Assembly: GCA_023428025.1 (NCBI GenBank)
Contig: JAEYZN010000021.1
Coordinates: 108,085-172,084, forward strand
Direction: 5' to 3'
Source of the DNA: Bacillota bacterium
GTDB taxonomy: Bacteria > Bacillota > Clostridia > Christensenellales > SZUA-584
DNA: 64,000 nt
Numbering within the stretch: the first letter of the stretch is position 1; every line of letters begins with the position of its first letter. Made by a program: the position numbers and the translations under genes. Below, piece by piece: positions 1-10,087 of this stretch. Below the pieces are notes generated by a model that ran no database searches, was not told the DNA's origin, and saw only the letters and a list, made by a program, of their open reading frames with translations.

Positions 1-2
1 GC

Positions 3-1313
3 TTAAAGCCAGCTGGGTACCCTGTCGTTCCTTACAAGGTCTTCATACGACTGGCGCTGCACCATCAGCTCGGCTTGTCCGTCCTTCACCAGCACCACTG
101 CCGGGTGCGGCAGCTTGTTGTAATTGCTCGCCATCGAATAGTGATAGGCGCCGGTGGAGAAAACAGCCAGCACGTTTCCCGCTTCGGCTTTGGGCAGCTG
201 CGCGTTCCAGATCAGCATATCGCCGCTCTCGCAGGTGCGCCCCGCGATGGACACCACCGTCTCATCCGGCTCGTTCATTTTGCCCGCCAGCGCACAGGTA
301 TACACCGCCTGATACAGCGCCGGCCGGGGGTTGTCCGACATGCCGCCGTCCACACTCACATAGGTGCGCACGTCGGGTATCGTCTTAATGTCCCCGATCG
401 TGTACAGCGTGGTACCCGCCTCACCGACGATGGAACGCCCCGGCTCAATGACGAAAGCGGGCGGCTGAAGGTCGCGTTCATCGCACAGGGCCGTCAGCTC
501 ATCCAGCATGACCTGCACGTATTCATACGGCTGCAGGGGCTTGTCACCCGTGGTGTAATGAATACCGTAACCGCCGCCGAAGTTAATCTCTTTGAACTCA
601 AAGCCCGTCTGCGCCTTGATATCCTGCAGAAAATCGAACATCACGTCCACCGTCTCGCGGAAGGGCTGCAGCTCGAATATCTGCGAACCGATGTGACAGT
701 GCAGGCCCACAAGCTTCAGGCTGGGCTGCTTCAAGATATCGCGCACCGCCTGAACGCCCTGCCCGTCGGCAATGCCGAAACCGAACTTGGAATCCACCTG
801 CCCTGTCTTGATATAGTCATGCGTGTGCGCTTCAATACCCGGCTTGATGCGCACCGAAACCTCCTGAGCCTTGCCCAGCTCCGCGGCGATACCGGCCAGC
901 AGGCCGATCTCGCTGCCGCTGTCGATGACGATGCGGCCCACGCCCGCCTGCACCGCCATGCGCAGATCATCCGGCGTTTTGTTGTTGCCGTGCAGGTAGA
1001 CCTTTTTCAGATCAAAGCCCGCGTTCATCGCCACATACAGCTCTCCGCCCGAGACCACGTCCAGCCCCATGCCCTCACTCTCCACGATCTTGCACATGGC
1101 TGTCGTCATGAACGCCTTGCCGGCGAACAGGATCAGTCCACCGCCTTTATACCCGCTCAGGGCCTTCGTGTATCCGCGGCACACGCTGCGGATCACGTCT
1201 TCTTCCATCACATAAAGCGGCGTGCCAAACCGTGCGGCAAGCTCCGGCGCGTCGCACCCGCCCAGCACGAGATGCCCCTTCTCATTGACATCCAGTCGTC
1301 CCCAATGCTCCAT
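3..1313 (-). CDS. lysA: diaminopimelate decarboxylase
   Basis: Complete 436-aa ORF. Motifs GTPLYVMEED, HCHIGSQ, EPGRSIVGEAG and CESGD are typical of the PLP-dependent LysA / ornithine-decarboxylase fold. Confidence 0.9.
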   Translation of the reverse strand: MEHWGRLDVNEKGHLVLGGCDAPELAARFGTPLYVMEEDVIRSVCRGYTKALSGYKGGGLILFAGKAFMTTAMCKIVESEGMGLDVVSGGELYVAMNAGFDLKKVYLHGNNKTPDDLRMAVQAGVGRIVIDSGSEIGLLAGIAAELGKAQEVSVRIKPGIEAHTHDYIKTGQVDSKFGFGIADGQGVQAVRDILKQPSLKLVGLHCHIGSQIFELQPFRETVDVMFDFLQDIKAQTGFEFKEINFGGGYGIHYTTGDKPLQPYEYVQVMLDELTALCDERDLQPPAFVIEPGRSIVGEAGTTLYTIGDIKTIPDVRTYVSVDGGMSDNPRPALYQAVYTCALAGKMNEPDETVVSIAGRTCESGDMLIWNAQLPKAEAGNVLAVFSTGAYHYSMASNYNKLPHPAVVLVKDGQAELMVQRQSYEDLVRNDRVPSWL

Positions 1314-1388
1314 GGCCTTCCCCTTTGTATAAATATACGAAGTATACTATCATATTCACTCCGGCCGTGTCAACAAACCGCTTTAGAG

Positions 1389-2021
1389 TCATTGGGGAAG
1401 GTCTGTGTCCTGCGTATCGGAAGCGCCTTGCTTATAAAACAGATTGATCCTCAGCCAGTAGCTGAGCAGCCGCGTCAGTATCGTGACACCGATCGCCACA
1501 TAGGGGCTCCATTCGCGGCCGATCAGCGGGTCCAGAAACCAAAGCGCCACCGCGCCCAGCATCGCCGCCGTCGCGTAGATCTCTTTGCGCAGCACCATGG
1601 GTATCTCGCAGGCGATGATATCCCGCAGAATGCTGCCGCCGATGCCGGTGATCAGGCAGACGAACATCAGGCTCAGAAAATTGTAGTCCATATCCAGCGC
1701 CTTTACGCCTGCGAACACCGAGAAAACGCCAAGTCCCACCGCGTCAAAGAAGACGACGATGTTCATCCACTTGATACGCCCTTTGAGCAGCATAACCAAT
1801 ATGGCCGTCGCCAGTATCACCAGCGTATATTCATAGTGCTGGAAGAACACCGGTATGCCCACGTCCATCACCACATCGCGGATCACGCCGCCGCCGATGG
1901 CTGTGATCATGGCGAGAAAGATAACGCCGAATATGTCCATCTTCTTTCTGATGGCCGTGGTCGCGCCGGATACCGCGAACGCCGCGACACCCACCAGTTC
2001 CAGATAATCGATGATCTGCAC
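1389..2021 (-). CDS. UPF0126 / TRIC-type (YadS/YicG-like) membrane protein
   Basis: 210-aa polytopic ORF with two internal repeats. Each repeat carries the glycine-rich GGG.(I/L)RD signature (AIGGGVIRDV, GIGGSILRDI). Confidence 0.75.
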   Translation of the reverse strand: MQIIDYLELVGVAAFAVSGATTAIRKKMDIFGVIFLAMITAIGGGVIRDVVMDVGIPVFFQHYEYTLVILATAILVMLLKGRIKWMNIVVFFDAVGLGVFSVFAGVKALDMDYNFLSLMFVCLITGIGGSILRDIIACEIPMVLRKEIYATAAMLGAVALWFLDPLIGREWSPYVAIGVTILTRLLSYWLRINLFYKQGASDTQDTDLPQ

Positions 2022-2092
2022 CGCAAAACCTCACACAAAATGTATATTACCTGTATTGTATATGAATCCGCGGTTATTCACAATGTTATAGC

Positions 2093-2124
2093 AGAAAAGA
2101 AAAACGGCGGTTATTTGCCGCCGC
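2093..2124 (-). terminator. intrinsic terminator downstream of clpC
   Basis: Minus-strand RNA reads CGGCGG-CAAATAA-CCGCCG followed by TTTTTCTTTTC. It begins 18 nt after the clpC stop codon. Confidence 0.6.
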
Positions 2125-2141
2125 TGTGCAATTCTGTTATG

Positions 2142-4565
2142 TCAAGCTTTCTTTTCGAATTCCGGCTTGCCGTCCAGCATGAACATGCGCACGCTGTCGC
2201 CGATGCTTATCTTGCTCTCCAGTATCTCTTCAGACAGCTTATCCTCCACGATCTGCTGCACCATGCGCCTTAAGGGACGCGCCCCGTAGTTCTCGTCGAA
2301 GCCTTCCTTTGCGAGGTAATCCACCGTATCGTCCTCGTAAGAGAGGTGGATGCCGCGCTCGTCCAGACGCTTGATAACGCTGCTCAGCATCAGCTTTACG
2401 ATCTCGCGCGTGTGCGCCTCGCTGAGCTTGTGGAACACAATGATGTCGTCAAGACGGTTGATGAACTCGGGCCGAAACGCCCTTTTCAGCGCTTCCATGA
2501 TCCCTTCCTTCATCCGCTCGTAGCCACGGTCACCGTCGGAGACGGCAAACCCGATCCGCTTCACATCGATGTTCGTTGCGCCCAGGTTGGACGTCATGAT
2601 GATCACGCAGTTTTTAAAGTCCACCACACGGCCCTTGGAATCCGTCAGCCGGCCGTCCTCCAGTATCTGCAGGAGGATGTTGAACACGTCCGGATGCGCC
2701 TTTTCGATCTCGTCCAGCAGCAGCACCGAGTATGGATGACGGCGGATTTTCTCCGTCAGCTGGCCGCCTTCGTCAAAGCCCACGTAGCCGGGCGGCGAAC
2801 CGATCAGCTTGGACACCGCGTGCTTCTCCATGTATTCAGACATATCGAGGCGTATCAGCGCGTCCTCGTCGCCGAACAGCGTCTCCGCGAGAGCCCTTGA
2901 CAACTCCGTCTTGCCGACGCCGGTTGGCCCCAGGAAGATGAACGAGCCGACAGGGCGTTTCGGGTCCTTCAAACCCGCACGCGACCGGCGTATCGCTTTG
3001 GATACTGCAACGCACGCCTCGTTCTGGCCGATCACGCGATTGTGCAGCGCCGACTCCAGCTCCAGCAGCCGCTTGGCTTCATCCTCCGTCAGCTTCACCA
3101 CGGGGATATTCGTCCATGTCGACACGATCTGGGCGATCTCTGTTTCCGTCACTTCACCCTCGCGCGTGCTGGTATCCTTCTCCCATTTTGCCTTCAGTGC
3201 GACGATCTCTTTTTCGACGCGTTTCTCTTCGTCGCGCAGCTCCGCCGCTTTTTCAAAATTCTGGTGCGTGATGGCCTGGTCCTTTTCCTTGCGCAGCTGC
3301 TCCTGCTTTTCCTCCATCTCTTTGATGTCGGGCGGCGCCGTATACAGGCTGAGCCGTACCTTGGAGGCTGCTTCGTCCATCAGGTCGATCGCCTTGTCGG
3401 GCAGAAAGCGGTCCATCAGATACCGGTCGGACAGCTCCACCGCGGCTTTCAGCGCTTCGTCGGTGATGCGCACCTTGTGATGCGCCTCGTAACGGTCGCG
3501 CAGGCCGGTCAGTATGGCGAACGCCTCATCCTTTGTGGGTTCGCCCACCGTCACGGGCTGGAACCGCCGCTCCAGCGCCGCATCCTTCTCTATGTGCTTA
3601 CGGTATTCATCAAACGTCGTCGCGCCCACCACCTGTATCTCGCCGCGCGCCAGCGCCGGTTTCAATATGCTGGCCGCGTCCATCGCGCCCTCAGCCGCGC
3701 CTGCGCCCACGATGGTGTGTATCTCGTCGATGAACAGTATCACCTTGCCGGACGATTTAAGTTCTTTTAAAGCGTCCTTCAGCCTGTCTTCGAACTCACC
3801 CCGGTATTTGGTTCCCGCGATCATGCCCGCGAGGTCCAGCGATATCACGCGCTTATCGCGCAGCAACTCCGGCACGTTGCCGTCCGCGATGCGCTGCGCC
3901 AGCCCTTCGGCGATGGCCGATTTACCGACTCCCGGCTCGCCCACCAGCACCGGATTGTTCTTGGTGCGACGTGACAGTATCTGCGTGATGCGCTCGATCT
4001 CCTGCGCGCGCCCGATGACCGGGTCCAGCTCGCCGTCACGCGCGGCCTGCGTCAAGTCGCGCCCGAACTTATCCAGCTTGGGCGTCTGTGTTTCCTTCTT
4101 CTGCCCCTGCTCAATCGCACCCTGATTATCACCCGTCACATTGTGGATGCCGTTCTCCAGCTCGGCCAGATCGGTGCCGAGGTCGGTCAATATTTTGAAC
4201 GCGACGCCTTCCTTTTCACGGAGCAGCGCCATCAATATATGTTCGGTTCCCACATAGGTCTGTCCCAGCTGTTTGGAGAAGGCCACAGCCAGCTCCAATA
4301 TCTTTTTGGAGCGGGGCGTATACCCGAACGCCTGAGTAAAGACGAAGTCTCCTTTGCCGATCAGGTTCAGCACGTTCTGCGTCACCGCCTCTTCAGAGAC
4401 GCCCGACAGGTTCAAAAGATTGGCCGCAGCCCCTTCCTTCTCGCTGATCAGGCCGAGCAACAGATGCTCCGTCCCCACATAATTATGTCCCAGCTCGCGC
4501 GCCTTGTTTTCGGCGTGCTTGAGCGCGTTCTTGGCGCCCTCTGTAAATTTCGCAAAAAAATCCAT
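2142..4565 (-). CDS. clpC: ATP-dependent Clp protease ATP-binding subunit ClpC
   Basis: 807 aa. Has two Clp_N repeats ([18 protein letters not shown]) and two AAA+ modules with Walker A GEPGVGKS and GPTGVGKT. It is the last gene of a ctsR-mcsA-mcsB-clpC arrangement. Confidence 0.95.
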   Translation of the reverse strand: MDFFAKFTEGAKNALKHAENKARELGHNYVGTEHLLLGLISEKEGAAANLLNLSGVSEEAVTQNVLNLIGKGDFVFTQAFGYTPRSKKILELAVAFSKQLGQTYVGTEHILMALLREKEGVAFKILTDLGTDLAELENGIHNVTGDNQGAIEQGQKKETQTPKLDKFGRDLTQAARDGELDPVIGRAQEIERITQILSRRTKNNPVLVGEPGVGKSAIAEGLAQRIADGNVPELLRDKRVISLDLAGMIAGTKYRGEFEDRLKDALKELKSSGKVILFIDEIHTIVGAGAAEGAMDAASILKPALARGEIQVVGATTFDEYRKHIEKDAALERRFQPVTVGEPTKDEAFAILTGLRDRYEAHHKVRITDEALKAAVELSDRYLMDRFLPDKAIDLMDEAASKVRLSLYTAPPDIKEMEEKQEQLRKEKDQAITHQNFEKAAELRDEEKRVEKEIVALKAKWEKDTSTREGEVTETEIAQIVSTWTNIPVVKLTEDEAKRLLELESALHNRVIGQNEACVAVSKAIRRSRAGLKDPKRPVGSFIFLGPTGVGKTELSRALAETLFGDEDALIRLDMSEYMEKHAVSKLIGSPPGYVGFDEGGQLTEKIRRHPYSVLLLDEIEKAHPDVFNILLQILEDGRLTDSKGRVVDFKNCVIIMTSNLGATNIDVKRIGFAVSDGDRGYERMKEGIMEALKRAFRPEFINRLDDIIVFHKLSEAHTREIVKLMLSSVIKRLDERGIHLSYEDDTVDYLAKEGFDENYGARPLRRMVQQIVEDKLSEEILESKISIGDSVRMFMLDGKPEFEKKA

Positions 4566-4584
4566 AAGTATTTCCTTTCCGGGT

Positions 4585-5592
4585 CTAGCTGAAAACCTGT
4601 CTCAGCATTTCAGCTCTCGCTGTATCGCGATCCTGCGCCTGCAGTATATCGCTGTTCTGCGCGATGATCGCAGGCCGTGTATTCATCATGATTCTGTAGA
4701 GCTGGCTGCTTGTCACGTCCGGCACAATGCCCAGCGACACGCCGAACGCCACGTCGGATATCAGCTTCTGCGCTTCGGAATCGCTCATGCGCCGCGCGTA
4801 TTTGAGGATGCCGATCGCGCGCCATATTTTGTCCTCCAGCACCGGACCCATGCTGTCATACAGCTCTTTTCTTGTGTTGCGTTCAAAGTCGATCACCTTG
4901 CCGGCAATGGACAGCAAGCGCATCAATACTTCTTTCTCCGTCACACCCAGCGTCACCTGATTGGATATCTGGTAAAACGCGCCGGACGCCGCGCTTCCTT
5001 CACCGAAAGCGCCCCGCACCGTCATGCCCACCTTGCCGATCATCGAAGAGATGCGCGGGATACCCTTGGCCGCTGTCAACGCGGGCAGATGCAGCATCAG
5101 CGACGCACGCAGCCCTGTCCCCACGTTGGTGGGGCAGCTCGTCAGAAAGCCGAGATTTTCGTCAAAGGCGTAGTTCACACCGTCCGCCAGCATTTTGTCC
5201 AGCCTGTCCACCGCGTCATACGTCTTAAACAGCGACAACCCGGCCCCAAAGCCCTGCAGACGGTAATGGTCTTCCTCCATGATCATCACGCTCAGCGAGT
5301 TGTCGCCGCTCGTGATCAGACCGCCGTTTTTGCTGCGCGCCAGCTCGTTGCTGATCACGTGCCCCTCTATCAAGGCGCGCTTCTTTAATTCTGGCAGATT
5401 TGATAAACGCTCATACGAAAACGTAGGGGATTTGAGCAGGGTCTGCCTCGCGCGGCTATGCACTTTTTCGATATCGTCCGGCTGAGTGATGCGCGACGGG
5501 AACGGCACGTCGGCCAAATTGCGCGCCAGCCGGATGCGCGTGGACACCACCACGTCGCACTCAGGCGCATTGTCTTCCAGCCATGCCAGCAT
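4585..5592 (-). CDS. mcsB: protein arginine kinase McsB
   Basis: 335 aa with a guanido phosphotransferase signature ([21 protein letters not shown]). Positioned between mcsA and clpC. Confidence 0.9.
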   Translation of the reverse strand: MLAWLEDNAPECDVVVSTRIRLARNLADVPFPSRITQPDDIEKVHSRARQTLLKSPTFSYERLSNLPELKKRALIEGHVISNELARSKNGGLITSGDNSLSVMIMEEDHYRLQGFGAGLSLFKTYDAVDRLDKMLADGVNYAFDENLGFLTSCPTNVGTGLRASLMLHLPALTAAKGIPRISSMIGKVGMTVRGAFGEGSAASGAFYQISNQVTLGVTEKEVLMRLLSIAGKVIDFERNTRKELYDSMGPVLEDKIWRAIGILKYARRMSDSEAQKLISDVAFGVSLGIVPDVTSSQLYRIMMNTRPAIIAQNSDILQAQDRDTARAEMLRQVFS

Positions 5593-5593
5593 G

Positions 5594-6097
5594 TCAATCC
5601 CCCTCCTTTTCCATCAGCGCGATCTCGTCTCTCAAACGCGCCGCTTCTTCAAAGTTTTCCACGGCCACCGCTTCGCGAAGCTCCCTTTTCAGCTGTTCCT
5701 TACGCTGCTCCGCCTCGCTCGCCGCCGCCTCTTTCCCCGGCTGCACAATCACGCGCTCTCCCGGATGCTTGCCGGTGTGCTGCGTGTTCATATGGATGCT
5801 CTTCAGTATCGGCGTGATGCTGGATTCAAACGTCTCATAACAGTGCGCACAGCCCAGCCGTCCTTCCTTTTTGAAGCTGGCGAGCGTGGTGCTGCAGCCT
5901 TCGCACACCACATCGGCGCCCTCTTCCTCGTCATAAAACGCGCTCAAAAAATCGTTAAACGAAAACCACGGTATCACAACGGAGCCTTTCTTCTTGGCGG
6001 CGCATTGGCCGCACAGATGCACCGTCTTCACCTGCCCGTTGACAAACGTCGTCATGTGCACGGTGGCCGGGTTTTTCAGGCAATGGTCACACAGCAT
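5594..6097 (-). CDS. mcsA: McsA (UvrB/UvrC-motif protein, activator of McsB)
   Basis: 167 aa with four CxxC pairs (CDHC, CGQC, CEGC, CAHC) and a C-terminal UVR motif (FEEAARLRDEI). There is a 1-nt gap to mcsB. Confidence 0.85.
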   Translation of the reverse strand: MLCDHCLKNPATVHMTTFVNGQVKTVHLCGQCAAKKKGSVVIPWFSFNDFLSAFYDEEEGADVVCEGCSTTLASFKKEGRLGCAHCYETFESSITPILKSIHMNTQHTGKHPGERVIVQPGKEAAASEAEQRKEQLKRELREAVAVENFEEAARLRDEIALMEKEGD

Positions 6098-6098
6098 T

Positions 6099-6566
6099 TT
6101 AATCCGCCTCCTTGCTCAGCAGCACCAGCAGCATCTGCTTCAAAATACCCGCCCTGATCTTGTCTTTCAACAGTGCGGGTATGTTCAAGGCCTTGTCCGA
6201 CACAGCGGCATGCATCAGTGCGCCTTCACGCTTGGCCACCGCGTTGCTCTCCACCAGGCGGCATATCACATCCTGCGCATCCCGCTCGGATATCTGATCA
6301 CCGATGCGCGTCGTCACCAAGCGGAACAGATGCTCCGACGTTTCGACGCTCAGGCGCAGAACGCGAATGTAACCGCCGCCGCCACGGCGGCTTTCAATAA
6401 TATATCCTTTATCGGGCGTAAACCGCGTGGCCAGCACATAATTGATCTGAGACGGCGCACAGTTGAAATGCTGCGCCAGCTCATTGCGCTGCAGCTCGAT
6501 TTTACCCTCATATTCGCTCATCAGCTCTTTGATGAACTGCTCGATGGTGTCGCTTAATATCGACAT
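6099..6566 (-). CDS. ctsR: transcriptional repressor CtsR
   Basis: 155 aa with the CtsR-typical glycine loop RRGGGGYIRV. It is the first gene of the clpC operon, and a CtsR operator lies directly upstream. Confidence 0.9.
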   Translation of the reverse strand: MSILSDTIEQFIKELMSEYEGKIELQRNELAQHFNCAPSQINYVLATRFTPDKGYIIESRRGGGGYIRVLRLSVETSEHLFRLVTTRIGDQISERDAQDVICRLVESNAVAKREGALMHAAVSDKALNIPALLKDKIRAGILKQMLLVLLSKEAD

Positions 6567-6579
6567 CGCACAACTCCCC

Positions 6580-6596
6580 TTTGACTATCTTTGACC
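6580..6596 (-). promoter_or_regulatory. CtsR operator (heptad direct repeat)
   Basis: Minus strand reads GGTCAAAGATAGTCAAA, matching the (A/G)GTCAAA-NAN-(A/G)GTCAAA CtsR box. It lies 14 nt upstream of the ctsR start codon and just downstream of the -10 box. Confidence 0.8.
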
Positions 6597-6605
6597 TTTA
6601 GTGAT

Positions 6606-6633
6606 ATTATACACCATTTGCAATAAAAAGCAA
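6606..6633 (-). promoter_or_regulatory. sigma-A-type promoter of the ctsR-clpC operon
   Basis: Minus strand: TTGCTT (6628-6633), a 16-nt spacer, then TATAAT (6606-6611). Confidence 0.6.
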
Positions 6634-6679
6634 CGGTTAAAATTTGAACTTATTACGAACAGCCAAAGGAAGAAATGAA

Positions 6680-7381
6680 TTATTGCCGGATGTTTTCGTC
6701 GGTATCGGGCACATACGTCTGATCCAGGTAAAGCCGTGCGCCGGTATAGATCGCTTTCGCGCAGGCCTCCTGATATTCTTCAGTCTGAAGCAGCCGCTCT
6801 TCACGTTCGTTGGAAATAAAACCGCACTCCACCAGCACGCAGGGGCTCTCGCCCGAGCGCAGGATGAAATAATTCTCCGGCCTGAACGTGCGCGGGCGCG
6901 GCGGCTCCAGCCGCGCATTCAGCTCCGTCTGTATCAGTTCGGCCAGCATTTTCCCCTCTTCCGATTCCTCATGATAGAACGTCACCGGGCCGGACGCAGA
7001 CGTATCCTTGAATTTGTTCATATGGATGGATATCACGATATCCGCATCGGATTCCTCGATGATGCTGCGCCGCTTGGCCATATCCTTGTCCTTGGTATCC
7101 CCCAGCGCTTTGTCGTCCGGCCGCGTCATGATGACGGTGATCCCGTTCTTTTCGAACAGGGCTTTCAGCTTCAAAGCCACGGCAAGGTTCAGCCCGTCTT
7201 CACGCACGTTTGTCAATCGCCCCACCGCACCGCCGTCAAAGCCGCCATGGCCCGCGTCAATCACCACCACGGCTTTGCCTCCGCTCATGGCCGCCGTGTC
7301 TTCAGACAGCAGCAGCAAAGCCAGCGCACCGATAATAGCCACAACAAAAAAACAGACGATATAACGTGTAGCGTGTTTCAT
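6680..7381 (-). CDS. cwlD: N-acetylmuramoyl-L-alanine amidase, CwlD-like
   Basis: 233 aa with an N-terminal TM helix followed by an Amidase_3 domain (VVIDAGHGGFDGGAVG ... SIHMNKF). Size and architecture fit the germination-specific amidase. The subfamily call is an inference. Confidence 0.7.
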   Translation of the reverse strand: MKHATRYIVCFFVVAIIGALALLLLSEDTAAMSGGKAVVVIDAGHGGFDGGAVGRLTNVREDGLNLAVALKLKALFEKNGITVIMTRPDDKALGDTKDKDMAKRRSIIEESDADIVISIHMNKFKDTSASGPVTFYHEESEEGKMLAELIQTELNARLEPPRPRTFRPENYFILRSGESPCVLVECGFISNEREERLLQTEEYQEACAKAIYTGARLYLDQTYVPDTDENIRQ

Positions 7382-7446
7382 ATGACAACCTCCGCCGTTA
7401 TATCATCTATATTATCCAGTGGTTTTTGCTATGCGTGAATCACGAC

Positions 7447-8442
7447 TTAAAACAGCTGCTTCATCGGGTTCGCATTGAGCCGGAGCGGCTCGGCGCTCGG
7501 TCTTTCAAACGCGGCGGCACAGCCGATCATCGCGGCGTTGTCCGTGCAGTATCGCAGCTGCGGCAAATAAAGCGAGAGGCCCGATTTTTCGGCGCGTTCT
7601 TCGAACACTTGTCTTAACGCGCCGTTGGCGGAAACGCCGCCCGCCACGCCGATGCGGCTGACATTCTCCCTCGCCGCAGCCTCAAACGTGTTATCCGCGA
7701 GGAACGACACCGCCGCCGACTGAAAGCTCGCTGCGATATCCGCCTTGCTGTAGGCTTCGCCCTTCTGGTTCATGTTGTGAATGTGGTTGATGACCGCAGT
7801 CTTAAGTCCGCTGAACGTGAAATCCAGATGCGTCTCCCCCTTGAAACCGCGCGGATACTGATAGACCGGCCTGCCCTCCCGCGCGAGCCTTTCCAGCTTG
7901 GGCCCGCCGGGATAACCCAGATCCAACACCCGCGCCGTCTTGTCGAACGCCTCGCCCACCGCGTCGTCGCGCGTTTTGCCGATCAGCCGGTATTGTCCGT
8001 AGGCCTCCACGATAACGATATGAGAATGGCCTCCCGACACCACGAGGCACAGGAACGGCGGCTCCAATTCCTCATGGGACAGATACAACGAGCAGATATG
8101 CCCCTCTATATGATGTACGGGAATCAGCGGCACGCCCAGGTAATACGCCAGCGCTTTGGCGTACGACACGCCGACCAGCAGCGCTCCAACAAGGCCGGGC
8201 CCGTCCGTCACGGCAACAGCTTCGATGTCGGGAAAGCTCACCTCCGCCGAATTCAGCGCTTCATCCACGATGTAGGGCAGCTTGACGATATGGTTGCGCG
8301 AAGCGATCTCCGGCACCACGCCGCCATACTTCTCGTGCTCTTTTTGCGTGTAGACCGCGCTGCCGATCACCTTGCGCCCCCGCGTCACCGCGGCGGCCGT
8401 CTCGTCGCACGAGGTCTCAATCGCGAGTATCAGCTTGTCCAT
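7447..8442 (-). CDS. tsaD: tRNA N6-adenosine threonylcarbamoyltransferase TsaD
   Basis: 331 aa with Kae1/TsaD motifs ETSCDETAAAV, GGVVPEIASRNH and VSGGHSH. Confidence 0.93.
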   Translation of the reverse strand: MDKLILAIETSCDETAAAVTRGRKVIGSAVYTQKEHEKYGGVVPEIASRNHIVKLPYIVDEALNSAEVSFPDIEAVAVTDGPGLVGALLVGVSYAKALAYYLGVPLIPVHHIEGHICSLYLSHEELEPPFLCLVVSGGHSHIVIVEAYGQYRLIGKTRDDAVGEAFDKTARVLDLGYPGGPKLERLAREGRPVYQYPRGFKGETHLDFTFSGLKTAVINHIHNMNQKGEAYSKADIAASFQSAAVSFLADNTFEAAARENVSRIGVAGGVSANGALRQVFEERAEKSGLSLYLPQLRYCTDNAAMIGCAAAFERPSAEPLRLNANPMKQLF

Positions 8443-8446
8443 GCCA

Positions 8447-9166
8447 TCAGGTCTCTGCAGCGGCTTTACCGCGTTTTTTTATGATGATAAGGCCAACGAT
8501 CGACACGAGGTTCAGTGTCAGGAATATCGAGACAAAGCGGGCAATGATGCGCGACACCAGATCCGAGAAGAACTGCTCCGGCACCATCTGGATCAGCACG
8601 TCGGTACTCGGGTCCAGTATCCACAGATCGTTGGTAAAAAACACGTGATGGAACGATGTCCAGAAGCCGGTAAAGTCCAGCGCGGCGTAGATGCTGATCG
8701 CCCCGACGAGCACCACAAAGCCGGCGGATGTCCACAGGAACGACTTGCACAGCGTTTTCAGCGTCTTCTTTCTCCCAATGATGAAGGCGGCAGCGGTCAA
8801 AACGACAGCGGCGATAAGCGAAACGGTGCGCACATTGCGCGCGCCCAGATACAGCGCTTTCACGTCCACCATGTGGTCCTTTTCCCGCTGTCCGAACACC
8901 TCCTGCAACTGCCCCTGGATCTCGGCCTGTATGTCAAGATTGTCGTCAGCGTCCGTCGTATAGTCCAGCAGCTTTTGCGTCACCTTTGTGAGGTCGTCTT
9001 CACTGATGCCGATGCTGTGCGCGGTCTCCAGCTTGGCGTATTCACTCTGGAAAAAGCCTGCATTAATGGCGAACATCTCGATGCTCGCGATCAGCAGCCC
9101 CACGATAAGCAAAATGCTGCCCAATACCGTACAGAGTCCCATCCAAAAGCGTTTGCTCGTATCCAC
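8447..9166 (-). CDS. integral membrane protein (TIGR01906-like)
   Basis: 239-aa ORF with an N-terminal TM, a soluble middle region and three C-terminal TM helices. Separated from tsaD by 4 nt. The family is assigned from memory of similar proteins only. Confidence 0.55.
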   Translation of the reverse strand: MDTSKRFWMGLCTVLGSILLIVGLLIASIEMFAINAGFFQSEYAKLETAHSIGISEDDLTKVTQKLLDYTTDADDNLDIQAEIQGQLQEVFGQREKDHMVDVKALYLGARNVRTVSLIAAVVLTAAAFIIGRKKTLKTLCKSFLWTSAGFVVLVGAISIYAALDFTGFWTSFHHVFFTNDLWILDPSTDVLIQMVPEQFFSDLVSRIIARFVSIFLTLNLVSIVGLIIIKKRGKAAAET

Positions 9167-9246
9167 AGTTTTCTCCTTTGTAACCGTCCGGGCTGCGCTG
9201 TGCGCCCGTTATTATATTGGGAACAGATTTGCTCCTGAAATATCAT

Positions 9247-9273
9247 GAGGCTGCCCGTCACCGGAACAGCCTC
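9247..9273 (-). terminator. possible terminator after gcvH
   Basis: 7-bp stem GAGGCTG/CAGCCTC with a 13-nt loop, immediately after the gcvH stop. The minus-strand trailing sequence is only moderately U-rich (AUGAUAUUUCAGG). Confidence 0.35.
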
Positions 9274-9279
9274 TTTTCT

Positions 9280-9642
9280 TTATTGCGTCCTCTGTTTCAG
9301 TTCGGCATATTCCTGCTCTGTCAGGAGCCCTTGTGTATCGTCTTCTCGGACATTCAGCTTAAACAGCCATGTGTCCAAAGGCTGCCGACTGATCATATCC
9401 GGATCATCGAACACGGCATCGTTCACCGCCGCGACCACACCGGCCACCGGCGCATGAACCGACAATACCGTTTTCACTGTTTCCACCAGCGCACATTCGC
9501 CGCCTTTTTCCACATGACGCCCGATATCCGGCAGTTCAATATAGACCACGTCACCCTTCATGCCAATTCCGGTCAGGCCGATCACCGCTATACCGTCTTC
9601 AAACCTGATCCATTCATGCCAGGGCGTATATAACCGGTTCAT
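9280..9642 (-). CDS. gcvH: glycine cleavage system H-type lipoyl carrier protein
   Basis: 120 aa with the lipoyl-lysine motif (VETVKTV) in the expected position. No gcvT or gcvP is nearby. Confidence 0.8.
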   Translation of the reverse strand: MNRLYTPWHEWIRFEDGIAVIGLTGIGMKGDVVYIELPDIGRHVEKGGECALVETVKTVLSVHAPVAGVVAAVNDAVFDDPDMISRQPLDTWLFKLNVREDDTQGLLTEQEYAELKQRTQ

Positions 9643-9712
9643 ACACGCATCACCCTCCCCTGTGCAATCATCATCAGCACAGTATATCGTATGCGCGTAA
9701 AGCAGCGTCTGC

Positions 9713-10069
9713 TTATGACTTCTTCAGGTACTGCTTGAACCGCTTTCTGAACTGGATGACGTAAACCACGATCGCCGGAATGATCAGCAGCATGCTTAAT
9801 AGGAAAGGCATCTGCGCGATCAGGAAAATAGAATCCTGCACCGCTTCCGTGCCGATTAACTTTTCCCAGAAATAATCGAGCCCGCCGGTAATGGTGGCCA
9901 CCGGCCCGATATACCAGCAAAATTTGCGCAGCATTTTGTTGGCGTCTTCCTTCATCGCTTTGGGATAATCGTTGTTGAAAACCGGTCCCTTTCCTGTGAA
10001 CGCCGCATAAAGCGTAAACAGGCCGATAAACACCATAAACAACGACATCATACTGTTCAGGTTATCCAT
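9713..10069 (-). CDS. small membrane protein, function unknown
   Basis: 118 aa with about three hydrophobic helices. An SD-like AAGGGGTGGA lies upstream of the ATG. The gene starts 18 nt after the cysS stop. Confidence 0.55.
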   Translation of the reverse strand: MDNLNSMMSLFMVFIGLFTLYAAFTGKGPVFNNDYPKAMKEDANKMLRKFCWYIGPVATITGGLDYFWEKLIGTEAVQDSIFLIAQMPFLLSMLLIIPAIVVYVIQFRKRFKQYLKKS

Positions 10070-10087
10070 GAATCAAACATCCACCCC

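Noticed and set aside
75-2273. 732-aa plus-strand ORF spanning the lysA, UPF0126 and clpC 3' regions.
   Set aside because: It lies antisense to three well-supported minus-strand genes. The translation is Arg/His/Ala/Gln-rich low complexity with no motifs. Stop-poor antisense frames like this are typical of GC-rich coding DNA.
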